A stretch of 64,000 bases of DNA from Octopus sinensis (lineage: Eukaryota), in assembly GCF_006345805.1 (NCBI RefSeq), contig NC_042999.1, forward strand, positions 8,122,001 to 8,186,000. Direction: 5' to 3'. Below the pieces are notes generated by a model that was given only the letters and a program-made list of their open reading frames with translations, had not been told where the DNA came from and ran no database searches. A program made the translations under genes and the position numbers. This document shows, one piece after another, positions 51,072 through 63,089 of the stretch (the first letter of the stretch is position 1; each line of letters opens with the position of its first letter).

Positions 51072-51480
51072 AAGACCTGTTGGGGCAAGTGAAATCGAAA
51101 TCGGAATCGAAATTGAACCAATCCTATGACTGGCACCCGGCAGATGCCAGGACCCCTGGACTGGTGGTACCTAAAAAGCACTATCCGAATCGTAGCCGAT
51201 GCCAGCGCCGCCTCGACTGGCTTCTGTGCCGGTGGCACGTAAATTGCACCAGTCCGACCGTGGCTGTTGCCAGCCTCGCCTGGCACCTGTGCAGGTGGCA
51301 CGTAAAAAGCACCCACTACACTCACAGAGTGGTTGGCGTTAGGAAGGGCATCCAGCTGTAGAAACACTGCCAGATAAGACTGGAGCCTGGTGCAGCCTTC
51401 TGGCTTCCCAGACCCCGGTCGAACTGTCCAACCCATGCTAGCATGGAGAACGGACGTTAAACGATGATGATGATGATGAT
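51072..51480 (+). mobile_element. Family C repeat, longer 5' extension
   Basis: aagacctgttggggcaagtgaaatc leader, units, tail and (GAT)n. Confidence 0.82.
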
Positions 51481-51729
51481 GTATGTATGTATGTGTGTGT
51501 GTGTGTACTCCTGATGATAATCCATCTCAGAATGAATACATGAATGTTCTGTTGCATATTTTGACTACTTTTCCTTTCATGTCTTCCACCAATCCTGTGT
51601 ATGTGTGTATACATATATACCCCTCCCCACATACACACACAAATATCTAATTATATAGGTGTATCTATGTACGTATGTATATCTATGTATATCTATGTGC
51701 CTAGCTATCAATCCATACATAGAAACATA

Positions 51730-51739
51730 TATGATATAT

Positions 51740-51785
<46 letters not shown>

Positions 51786-51786
51786 G

Positions 51787-51823
<37 letters not shown>

Positions 51824-51931
51824 GTATATATATTATATATATATAATATATATGTGTGTGTTATGTGTGTTGTTGTGTGTGTGTATGTGTATGTATATAT
51901 ATATATATATATATATGTATATGTATATAAT

Positions 51932-51993
<62 letters not shown>

Positions 51994-52025
51994 ATAATAT
52001 ATATATATATATAATATATATATGT
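51730..52025. repeat. (TA)n microsatellite
   Basis: Seen directly in the sequence. Confidence 0.95.
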
Positions 52026-52564
52026 ACTCAGTAGGAGTAGGCAAGATATAAAGAAGAAAGAAATTAGAAGTTATTTTAATTTGATTTCTATTTTAGCATT
52101 ATATTCTGAGCTTTGATTTTTTTTTCAAAAACTGAAAGAAGGGGAAAAAAAAACAATTTCAAAATATATTTGAATTAGCAACATAAAAGTGAAAACACAA
52201 AAATGCTAATATTTCTCTCTGTCTTTAACAAAATTTTTGGTAATTTTGTAAATTAATCTTTTGCTGAAATATTGATTGTAGTTCTTTCGTTATTTCAATT
52301 GAATTCAGTGGGTGTTTTTTTGAAAGAAAATAACAGTCTGCCTGACCCAGTTTTTGTTTCCACTTAGTAACATTTCATTCAAATTCTAGGAGTGTGTTTT
52401 TGATGAGAAAGTATGATTTTCATTATTCCAAGTTCGTTTGTGCTCTTGTTCTAGATACGTGACGTTATTAAAACCTGGTAGCAAGACTCAAAACCGATTC
52501 GTCAGATTGCAAAGTTTGAATTGCAAATTAGCACAACGTTGTTCATGTGAGAAACTGAGATATT

Positions 52565-52665
52565 GACCAATCAGTCGCCACACTGCATGTGATAGATCAT
52601 TCTAGATCCTTCTAGAATGTCTCAGTTCAAGAGTTATAAATAGGCTGGTTTTCAGTGCCAGTTTT
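52565..52665 (+). promoter_or_regulatory. Candidate CCAAT - heat-shock element - TATA - Inr cassette (possibly an LTR remnant)
   Basis: CCAAT 52567-52571; TTCtaGATccTTCtaGAA 52600-52617 (5-bp phased HSE, one imperfect unit); TATAAATA 52635-52642; CCAGTTT Inr-like with A at 52660. Confidence 0.35.
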
Positions 52666-52881
52666 GCAGAGTCAGAGATGTCCAGGTGGAATGTCATCTT
52701 AGATCTTGCCAGCTAATTTCCACAGAGACTGACCAATGTCTTTTTACACATCTCACATCTTGCTTCAATATGTGGAAATCCACCGTCCAGCTCCACACAC
52801 TCTCTTGCCATCAATTATAATCATTTTAATGACTCCTGCTCAACCTTAGTTTGTTGTTTTAGTTGGCCGATATAAATATAA

Positions 52882-53188
52882 TTGTAAAAAGCACCATCCG
52901 TTCGTGGCCGTTGCCAGCCTCGCATGGCCCCCGTGCCGGTGACACGTAAAAAGCACCATCCGATCGTGGCCGTTTGCCAGACTCGTCTGGCACCTGTGCC
53001 GGTGGCACGTTAAAAGCACCCACTACACTCATGGAGTGGTTGGCGTTAGGAAGGGCATCCAGCCGTAGAAACATTGCCAGATCAAACTGGGCCTGATGCA
53101 GCCTTCTGGCTTCCCAGACCCCAGTTGAACCGTCCAACCCATGCGAGCATGGAAAGCGGACGTTAAACGATAATGATGATGATGATGA
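52882..53188 (+). mobile_element. Family C repeat
   Basis: Units, tail and (GAT)n. Confidence 0.82.
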
Positions 53189-53384
53189 TTTTCCTTTGTC
53201 TTGTCAAGGTTAAGCTAACAGCTTCTGCAATCAAGTATTCATGGCTGCTAAAGAATTATTCTTTCAATTGTGTTGGATTGTGGAAACTTCCTAATTAATT
53301 ACAAATCAGAAAATTACTTGTGTGATGAAGCAAAAGTTATTATCAAATGTTTGATCAAAAATCAATGGAAATTGTAATTGTGAT

Positions 53385-53703
53385 ACCTGTGCCGGTGGCA
53401 CGTAAAAGAACAATCCAAACGTGGCTGTTGCCAGCGCTGCCTTAACTGGCCTCCATGCCGGTGGCACGTAAAAAGCACCAATCCGACCGTGGCCGCTGCC
53501 AGCCTCCCCTGGCACCTGTGCCAGTGGCATGTAAAAAGCACCCACTACACTCTTTGAGTGGTTGGTGTTAGGAAGGGCATCCAGCTGTAGAAACACTGCC
53601 AGATCAGACTGAACCCTGGTGCAGCCTTCTGCCTTCCCAGACCCCGGTTGAACCGTCCAACCCATGCTAGCATGGAAAACGGACGTTAAACGATGATGAT
53701 GAT
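53385..53703 (+). mobile_element. Family C repeat
   Basis: Units, tail and (GAT)n. Confidence 0.82.
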
Positions 53704-53996
53704 GAGGAGGATGTGGCTATAGCTGATTGTGTCGACCCCAGTGAGTGTCTGATACTTTATTTTCTCAACCCCAAAAACGATGAAAGGCAAAGTGAACCTG
53801 AAGAACAGGGAGAAATGTTGGGAACCATTTTGTCCAGCGTACAAATGATTCTGGTGACTCTCACTGCCTGACTCTGAAATGTGGAGTCTTCAGTCAATTT
53901 TGACATTTTAAATCTCTGAACTGGTTGAGTCAAAAGAACTATGCATCTTTCACATTTACTGAAGCTTCGTTATGAAGTTAAAAATATATCAAAAAC

Positions 53997-54272
53997 GAAG
54001 TTGCCAGTGCCGCCTTGGCTGGCTTCCGTGCCGGTGGCACGTTAAAAGCTCCAACCGATCGTGGCCGATGCCAGATCCCCCTGGCACCTGTGCAGATGGC
54101 ACGTAAAAAGCACCCACTACACTTGCGGAGTGGTTGGCGTTAGGAAGGGCATCCAGCTGTAGAAACTCTGCCTGATCAGACTGGAGCCTGGTGCAGCCCC
54201 TGACTTCCCAGACCCCGGTCGAACCGTCCAACCTGTGCCAGCGTGGAAAATGGACGTTAAACGATGATGATG
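53997..54272 (+). mobile_element. Family C repeat
   Basis: Units, tail and (GAT)n. Confidence 0.82.
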
Positions 54273-55380
54273 AATTTAATTTCTGGCCATTTAGAATTTT
54301 TTTTTTTAAATCTAATTTTTCCAGATTTCACCGAATCAATATATTTCGAAGTTTATTATTCCCGATATTTCTAAAAACTGAAACCAAGACAGAGAAGTGT
54401 TTAATTTCTTTATCGTCAGAGAAGTTTTATCTTTTAAATTAGAGATGATAAAATAGGGAACTGGAACGTTTTCAGTATCTAATGCCATTGTTTTTATATT
54501 CTTCTGAGTTTAAAATTCTTCTGATGCTTGCTTTGAGTTTTTTAACCTGAGTACCGTATATATTCTGGTGTCAATTAAAACCACTTTACCATTCTGCTAA
54601 AAACTTGTGATCGTGTACCAATGTGGGAAATCAATATTCATTTAATATTGTGTGTACTTTGAACATAAAAAACAGTAAATTGAAGAATATGTATTTGAGA
54701 TATTGGTTATCTTTTGAAATCAAAATCAATATATTTTATGCTTCATTATTGTCAATATTTTTAAAGACAGGTATGGTAAATTGGGGAAAAAAAGGTAGTC
54801 GAGTGTTTAGTTTCATCTTCTGACTTAGATATAGAAGAGCAGGGAACCAAAAGCATAAAATATTAAACTAGTGGATTGGAGAGTATGAAATCTCATAAAC
54901 ATCTAAGATAATGTTTGTTTTTTTAGAAAAAGGCTTGATAAGTAATTGAACAAACATGCCCTAGTAGAAATCAATAAAGGTAGATGGAAATACAAAAACT
55001 TATTTCACTTAGAGATCCACTCAGAAATGGTAGTCAAAGAATTAACACCAAAATATAAACATGGGATAAAGTCTTCTACTCTATAAAATAAATTAATCTT
55101 TAGCAAGGTTCTAAGGGTTAAAATCCATTTTTGTTTGAAAGTAAAAAGTACAAAAAGACCCTTTCGATTGATATTAAGTTAAATGTTATTAAAAGCCACA
55201 CCATAAAAGTTTTAAAGCATTATAAAAATAATTTAGATGATCAGGTTAGAGATCACCATGCATGGTTCTAATGGCTTTTTTCTAGCCATAGTTGGTAAAG
55301 TAAATAGTTAGAATTACTGGAAAGGAAATAAGAAAATAAACCCAATTCTTTGACAATACACACACACACACACATATGTA

Positions 55381-55575
55381 TCATCATCATCATCATCGTC
55401 GTTTAACGTCCGTTCTCCATGCTAGCATGGGTTGGACGGTTCGACCGGGGTTCTGGGAAGCCAGAAGGCTGCACCAGGCTCCAGTCTAATTTGGCAATGT
55501 TTCTACAGCTGGATGCCCTTCCTAACGCCAACCACTCCGTGAGTGTAGTGGGTGCTTTTTACGTGCCACCTGCAC
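55381..55575 (-). mobile_element. Family C repeat
   Basis: (CAT)n followed by the reverse tail. Confidence 0.8.
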
Positions 55576-55875
55576 ATGTATATATATATATACATACATA
55601 TATGTGTGTGTGTGTGTGTGTATGTTTGTGTGTCTGTTTTTGTCCCCCACCATCACCTGACAACTGATGCTGGTACGTTTACATCCCCATAACATAGCGG
55701 TTTGGCAAAAGAGACTGATAGAATAAGTCCTAGGCTTACAAAGGATGAGTCCTGGGGTCGATATGTTCGACTAAATGTGGCGCTCCAGCATGGCCACAGT
55801 CAAATGACTGAAACAAATAAGAAAAAATTTTTAAATAGTGGTCCTGTACTGTGTGAAGTGCAGTACTGTATAATC

Positions 55876-56270
55876 CTTTCAACTCTATGCACAAGGACTG
55901 AAATTTTGAGGGAGGGGGCCAATCGATTAGATCGACCCCAGTACACAACTGGCACTTAATTTATCGACCCTGAAAGAATCAAAGGCAAAGTCGACTTCGG
56001 TGGAATTAGAACTCAGAACGTAGCAGCAGACGAAATACCTATTTCTTTACTACCCACAAGGGGCTAAACACAGAGGGGACAAACAAGGACAGACAACCGG
56101 ATTAAGTCGATTACATCGACCCCAGTGCATAACTGGTACTTATTTAATCGACCCCGAAAGGATGAAAGGCAAAGTCGACCTCGGCGGAATTTGAACTCAG
56201 AATGTAGCGACAGACAAAATATCGCTGAGCATTTCGCCCGGCGTGCTAACATTTCTGCCAGCTCGCCGCC
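55876..56270 (-). mobile_element. SINE family B, long dimeric form
   Basis: Complete head-to-tail-2 copy with the duplicated central domain. Confidence 0.86.
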
Positions 56271-57039
56271 TTCCAGTTCTTAAATATTTGATAAAGATTT
56301 TTTGCACATTATTCTAAGTGTGAGATTGCTGAGTCTTCTTGAAATGAAGTAGAGAATATCACCGATATAATCTGAACATTTATATACAAATTATTGGCAG
56401 GTGTTTATATGTGTGTGTACATGTGAGTGAGAGTCATTCATCACAAGAATGTTATGCACATATTCAGCAAACATGTTGTCTATAAAGAATGGTAAATATA
56501 TGTGCAAGTGTTTTCTGAACAATGTTAGGAAAAGGAAATACAAAAGATATAAGAAGGAAAATAAATTGCCAAAACAGAAGGCGTAAAAATCAAAGAAAAG
56601 GCGAAAATAATTATGGAAAAGGATATAAAGCACTGACAGGTGATTATTTATGGGTCAGAGATGTGTTGAACTGGTTACCCGCTTGCATGGAAGATCACAT
56701 TTAATTCATTCGTGTTCAGAAATAACTTAAATGTGTGTCTATCTGTGCCGGTAACGGGTGTGCGAGAGCAAGTCCAAGTTACTGATGTGATTTGTGTATA
56801 GCAGATATTATGTAAATATCAGGATTAAACAGTCTCAGTGCACCCATGCATGTATGCACAATTTGAGCAGAGAAGAGGTTGATGCTTTACTTTGAAGTTT
56901 CAACAATGCAGCCCTCATTGCACTGTTAATTAATTTAGCTACCTAAGTCTCATGTATAGCTGCTAGGGTTCGTTTTAATGGAGGAGCAACATGTATGCAA
57001 AATAGACATGGGATAATAGAGGATTTTGTGACATAAAAA

Positions 57040-57203
57040 TATTATATATATATATGTATATATATGTATATATATATGTATATATACATGTATGTATATA
57101 TATGTATATATATGTATATATATGTATGTATATATATGTACGTATATATTATATATATATATGTAGATATATGTATGTATGTATATATATATATGTATGT
57201 AGA

Positions 57204-57298
<95 letters not shown>

Positions 57299-57440
57299 TA
57301 TACATATACATATATATATATATAATATATATACATATACATATATATATACATATACATATATATATACATATATATATATATAATATATATACATATG
57401 TATATATATATATGTATATATATATATGTATATATATATA
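57040..57440. repeat. Long (TA)/(TACA)n microsatellite
   Basis: Seen directly in the sequence. Confidence 0.95.
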
Positions 57441-57980
57441 TGACTGGCTCCTGTGCTGGTGGCATGTAAAATGCACCATTCGAGCATGGTCATTGGTAGT
57501 GTCGCTGGCTGGCCCTCATGCCGGTGGTACGTAAAAAGCACCCACTACACTCTTGGAGTGGTTGGCATTAGGAAGGATATCCAGCTGTAGAAGCCTTGCC
57601 AAATCAGAGCCTGGTATAGTCTTCTGGGTTGCCAGCCCTCAGTCAGACCGTCCATATTGAAGAATCAGAAGGTCCTGTCAAAATGGGTTCGGGTTAGGCT
57701 TAGGGTTAGGGTCAAGCTTAGGGTTCACCATCCAGGACAAAGGCTGGATGCTAATAAGAGTGTCTATTGTACATAATATCGTGCGCTGCCAGCTCCTATC
57801 AAATCATCTAACCCATACCAGCTTGGAAAAAAGGACGTTAAATGATGATTATGATCACATGGGGATATATAAACACATATGTATATGCTGCATATGGGTA
57901 CAATCAAAAACATACACACACACATACACACACACACACACATCCATGGTGTTTATCTCTGGTTTCTGTAAAGCTGAACA

Positions 57981-58380
57981 TCTTCTTTATATATAAAAGT
58001 GAAGTTGTGTGTCTGTCTCCTATGATTTAGATTCCTAACTACTCCCACATTTTGCAGTGCAGTTTAACCAAAACCGGGTATCTTATAGTCGTGATTCATA
58101 TCGAGCCCTTCTGGGTATTAGCGCACGTCTACGATGAGTCTACGATTTAAAAAAAAAATTACCATCATTTTTTTCCTTTTAATACATTTTTTTCGCTATT
58201 ATATAAGGGAAGTAACTCTCTAAAAATGTCTACGATGAGTCAACGATTTAAAAAAAAATTTACCATAATTTTTTTACCATTTTTAATGCATTTTTTGCTA
58301 TTTTTTGGCTATAACTCTCTAAAAATGCTTATATAGATATTTCCCTTACAAACCCGAGCAACGCCGGGCGATACTGCTAG
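57981..58380 (+). mobile_element. Non-autonomous Helitron
   Basis: A|TC start, cccgagcaacgccggg hairpin, CTAG|T end at 58380. Confidence 0.86.
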
Positions 58381-58640
58381 TATGACATAAATTTCCTCTA
58401 AAATGGAACATAAGTCTGACAGTGTAGACTTATTCCATCCCCAGAAGAAGAAAATGGAGCAAAACAAGACTTTTCAATGAATCAGTCGTCAATTTAATTA
58501 GGTTAATTATCTGAAGAAAACAATGTCATGTTTTGATGCTAATTTTCAGAGCTTATTTTTGTCTTTAATTATTCATACTAAAAATATAATTTCATATTAA
58601 ACATAATTTTTCTATTTTCTTGTTTCATTCTGTTTTCCAG

Positions 58641-58844
58641 TTAAACAATATCTCGCCACTCTGATGTTTAGTTACTATGACGACAGCCTTGATAACTTTT
58701 TACAAGAATCTGAACTTTTGCACATTGAAGAGAAGGAACAATTTAAGAACCTCTCTGCCAAATGTAGTCTCCTGAACATGTTACCCTTTGAAGATACCGA
58801 CCATGATAATAAGATTTCCTTCAAAGAATTCATTTCAGCATTTA
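58641..58844 (+). CDS. FSTL5: Internal exon of FSTL4/5-like gene: EF-hand pair
   Basis: Acceptor tgttttccag ends at 58640 and donor gtaagt starts at 58845; 204 nt, phase 1/1. Encodes KQYLATLMFSYYDDSLDNFLQESEL...CSLLNMLPFEDTDHDNKISFKEFISAF. DTDHDNKISFKE is a canonical 12-residue EF loop, and the spacing matches FSTL4/5. Confidence 0.88.
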
Positions 58845-59152
58845 GTAAGTATAGCCTTTTTTTTTCCCAGCTTGTCTTGTATTTTTATTGTATTTTCCCG
58901 TCCATATTTGTCTGTTTTTGTGTTACTTACAATGTTTTATAAGATGCTCCGTCTATAACCTACGTTTTCACGTCTAGCAGGAGATCGGCTTGTTTTATCA
59001 ATGATACCTTTTGGCGAAAAGGTTATGTTTTACAACTTCCAGTAACCTTTCTTTAGAAACCTGTTACGAAATATTTCTGACGGAATTAGATGTAAGAAAC
59101 TACAATGAAAATATGCTTGTGTGTGAGTGTATGTATGTTGGCACTTGTCTGT

Positions 59153-59196
<44 letters not shown>

Positions 59197-59293
59197 GACT
59201 GTATGGGTGTGTGTGTGTGACTGTATTGGTGTAAATAAATACCAGAATGGTGGCTGCTATAGATATATATTTAATTTAAAAGCAGCAGAAATG

Positions 59294-59348
59294 TAACAAA
59301 ATCTGTTACTCGGAGTTTCACGTTCCTGTTCGTCGGACAGTTTTGTTA
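59294..59348 (-). ncRNA. Type I hammerhead motif, family H3 (U4C core variant, long stem I)
   Basis: Minus strand: TAACAAAA-CTGT / CCGACGA / AC-aggaac-GT / GAAA / CTC-c-GAG / TA / ACAG-a-TTTTGTTA. Confidence 0.6.
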
Positions 59349-59835
59349 AAATAGTTTTGTTAAAATATATACTATATATATATATGTGTGTGTATAATCA
59401 AAATAAGCAACAGGGATATCCAAGGTAGTGTAGTACAATCGTTTCATGCTACTTCATTTTATTAAACAATGTAAGATTTACATCAGTTTTAAAATGTAGT
59501 GCACTCTTCAGCCACATATAGAATTTTCTAATTAAATAGACAATGTACATTTTTATACTTATTTCATTTGCCAACATTACAAAGAGGGTAGATATATAGA
59601 CAGAGAGGTTAATTTCATCATTAAGAACATGGCAGTAGAAGGTTCTTCCCCATGGGCAGAATTTTTATCACTGAGTTCACTTTGTTATTTAGATTTATCG
59701 ATGGGGAGGGTTTTTTAAAAATTTGGTTCAATGGAGACAAACAAGAATTCTTTCTATTTATAGATCGAGGAAGGGGTAGTACAAATGTCAAAGTTATAAA
59801 TCCAACCCCATTATGAGGAAATATATATATATATA

Positions 59836-60250
59836 GGCGCAGGAGTGGCTGTGTGGTAAGTAGGTTGCTAACCAACCACATGGTTCCGGGTTCAGTCCCA
59901 CTGCATGGCATCTTGGGCAAGTGTCTTCTGCTATAGCCCCGGGCTGACCAATGCCTTGTGAGTGGATTTGGTAGACGGAAACTGAAAGAAGCCTGTCGTA
60001 TATATGTATATATATGTATATGTATGTGTGTGTGTGTGTTTGTGTGTCTGTGTTTGTCCCCCTAGCATTGCTTGACAACTGATGCTGGTGTGTTTATGTC
60101 CCCGTTACTTAGCAGTTTGGCAAAAGAGACCGATAGAATAAGTACTGGGCTTACAATAGAATAAGTCCCTGGGTCGAGTTGCTCGATTAAAGGCGGTGCT
60201 CCACCATGGCCGCAGTCAAAATGACTGAAACAAGTAAAAGAGTATAAAAG
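59836..60250 (+). mobile_element. SINE family A
   Basis: Full-length copy. Confidence 0.85.
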
Positions 60251-60841
60251 AGTATATGTATATACTCACTCACTCACACACACACACTCACACATTCACT
60301 CACACAAAACCCCTGCTAAATTCTCAGACGAATCTGTCCCAGAGGGGTCACAGCTTCTTCCTTAATTCCAAATGCCTCTAAAAGTTTAAATTATTCTGTG
60401 GTGAAGCTAATGAATGAATTTCAATCTAGCCTAATTAAGAGTCATTCCATTAGCCTTGAGGAGGCTGTTCCCATGTAAGTTCTCATGTTGAGTGAGAGTG
60501 GAGGCAAGCCAAAGGACATTTTCAGGCAATGCCTTCTCTTGTAGGTGTTAGGGTTGGCCAAAACCTCTCTCCACTGCCAGAGTCTCATTGTAACAAGAAG
60601 CTGCTGCTTTGAAACATCTTTGGAAATCCTCTCACTGACCACCCTGTATAAGGCTATTAAACACTACAGGTGGTCGGCAGGATGCTGTGCTGATGTACGA
60701 CAGCCTCTCATTCCAGTTGGTGTTGATGTTGATGTTGGGTGAAGCATTCTTCTGTAGTGAGAGAAGTCTGAAACGTGGTCCTTTGCTATTCATAAGACCT
60801 GCAGAAGAGAAAGCAGGTCAACCCCCGACACCGAGTGCATC

Positions 60842-61092
60842 GACAGATGGATGAATGTGCATCCAGGCTCAGCAGTTGTGTAGGAAGTTGGGTACAAGAA
60901 ACAGGAAGAAAGTGTGAGAGAAAGTTAGAGTGAAAGAGTACATCAGGGGTTGCCACCACCCCCTGCTGAAGCCTCATGGAGCTTTAGGTTCTTTTCGCTC
61001 AATAAACACACAAAACGCCCGATCTGGGAATCGAAACTGTGATCCTCCGACTGCGAGTCCACTGCCCTAACCATTGGGTCATTGCGCTTCCG
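60842..61092 (-). mobile_element. SINE family D
   Basis: Shares its body with the 3252-3570 copy. Confidence 0.72.
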
Positions 61093-62459
61093 CTTTTGGT
61101 TGCTGTTGGGGACATAAGAACGTGTGCCTAAACCAAGCATTATCTGTAGGAAATTTACTACGGCAAGTTTGGTTTCTTTAGTAACACTGAAAGCTTTAAG
61201 TATAAATCAGGGCTTTTCTAAATCTTCTAGGGTGTGTCCATTCATTGTCTAAAGCATTGTCTCTGTCTAAGTCAACCTAGGCTGAGGGTAATTTCTTACC
61301 GAACCTATCTAATGTAAATTACAATCAAATACTTCCATTGCCATTTCTAAGGAACCTTCTTGGTTTGTTTATTTGAACTGGGTCAAACCCATATCAAACA
61401 ACAGGAACGTTTTATCAACTTAATCTGACGGTCCCATGAAAGGGAAGAATGTTACTGTTATTTAGCCCTAGGTAACACCGTTTCCTGTTGGACTTGACAC
61501 ATTTTCTGTGTCCTTGTGTTTTCAAAGTGGAGACAAGCACCTCCACCCAGCAAAACCAGCTTCCAGAGACTAGTTTCAGAGTCATTGCTCCTCATCAGTC
61601 TGGAGTAGCATGGCTTGATAGCTGTCGATGCCTTTGAAAACATATATATTTTAAGTGAAATACTTTCACTGGTTTTTGAAAATAGAGATAATACATTTCT
61701 AAATCTCTCAGAGAGATTTATGCAGTAGCATAAACAGTAGCATTCTTCCCTTTCATGGGACCGTCACATTAAGTTGACAACATACCATCACTTTATTGTG
61801 CTGCTACTGCATAAATCTCTCTGAGAGATTTAGAAATGTATTATTTCTATTTTCATCTCTATCCCTGTTGTTAATTTTGGTAAACTCTTTAGCAAAATTA
61901 AATGCCCCAGATAGGAACGCTTTCAGTATACATAAATAAAAGTCCACTATATTGAACTGGATGAATGTTGTTGCTCTGCTTCTAAAGTAATTTGAGTTAA
62001 TTCATGAAATTACTTCATTTGCACTGCGCCATAACCCCTTTAAAAGTTTTGTGTGATATTATGGGTCGTTGTTGACTTATGACTGATCGACTTTACGATG
62101 ATTGGCTTTCCAGAAGTTTATGATTTAAGTATATATGAGTATGCCTAGACATGCAACTACAGGTATGAGAATACATATATAAAACAGAATCTACACAAAT
62201 ACACAAACACGCACCAAAAGATACCCTGTTGATGTTGTTGAAATTCCAATGAAGAAGCCTTGCATCTAGGTTAGAAACCAGCTCCCCCTCTTTCTCTACT
62301 GAGAAGAGATCTTGAGATAAAACTGAATAATTGTATATATACATATATAAAGATGGAGATGGATTTGCTTCAAGCCTATAAAGCATGTAATCAAGCAATC
62401 GTCAAGGAGATATTGTTCTTTCATCTCTATTTTTCTATGAATAAATAATTATTTCTCTT

Positions 62460-62603
62460 TCTCTCTCTCATACATATGCACTCTTTCTTTCAGTTTCTCT
62501 CTCAGTCCCTCTCTCTCAGTCTCTCTCTCTCTCTCTCTCTCTCAAACACACACACACACACTCTGTCTCTTTCAGTCTCTCTCTCTCAGTCTCTCATTCT
62601 CTC

Positions 62604-62635
<32 letters not shown>

Positions 62636-62760
62636 TATCTCTCTCACTCTCAATCTCTTTCCCTCTCCCTCTTTCTCCCCTCTCTCTCTTTCTCCCCTCT
62701 CCCTCTCACCCCCACCTCCTTCCTCCAACCACCACACGTATCCCTTTTCCACTCCTTCCA
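62460..62760. repeat. (CT)n/(CA)n low-complexity tract
   Basis: Seen directly in the sequence. Confidence 0.92.
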
Positions 62761-63089
62761 CCCCACTTGCACTCCATTCCTTTATTTGCGTGTATCATTC
62801 TCTAACGAACTTTAAACGATGAAATAAATTCTCCTGAAGTGGTTGTTCACTCGTAATAACATTTTGAAATGTTTCTTCCCCAAAGTCTTTGGATAATTGG
62901 AAGAAGTTAATATCGTTAATGTCAGTTTTGAAACATTGCAAGTAATAACCGAGGAATAAAACATGGAAAATAGGGAATTTGTTTTCAGAAGAGTTCATTT
63001 CTGAAGTGAAAACATTAGGAACACAAAAGCATTTATTTAGTACTAAGCGAAATTGAACCAATTCCTAAGGGAAGTGGACAAATATTAAC

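Noticed and set aside
50993-51436. Recurrent ORFs like MGWTVRPGSGKPEGCTRLQSDLAVFLQLDALPNANHS
   Set aside because: Antisense reading of the family C repeat tail, repeated at many loci; no domain signal.
60430-60780. Possible decayed RTE 3' ORF on the minus strand (QGGQ*EDFQRCFK)
   Set aside because: Similarity is weak and by eye only.
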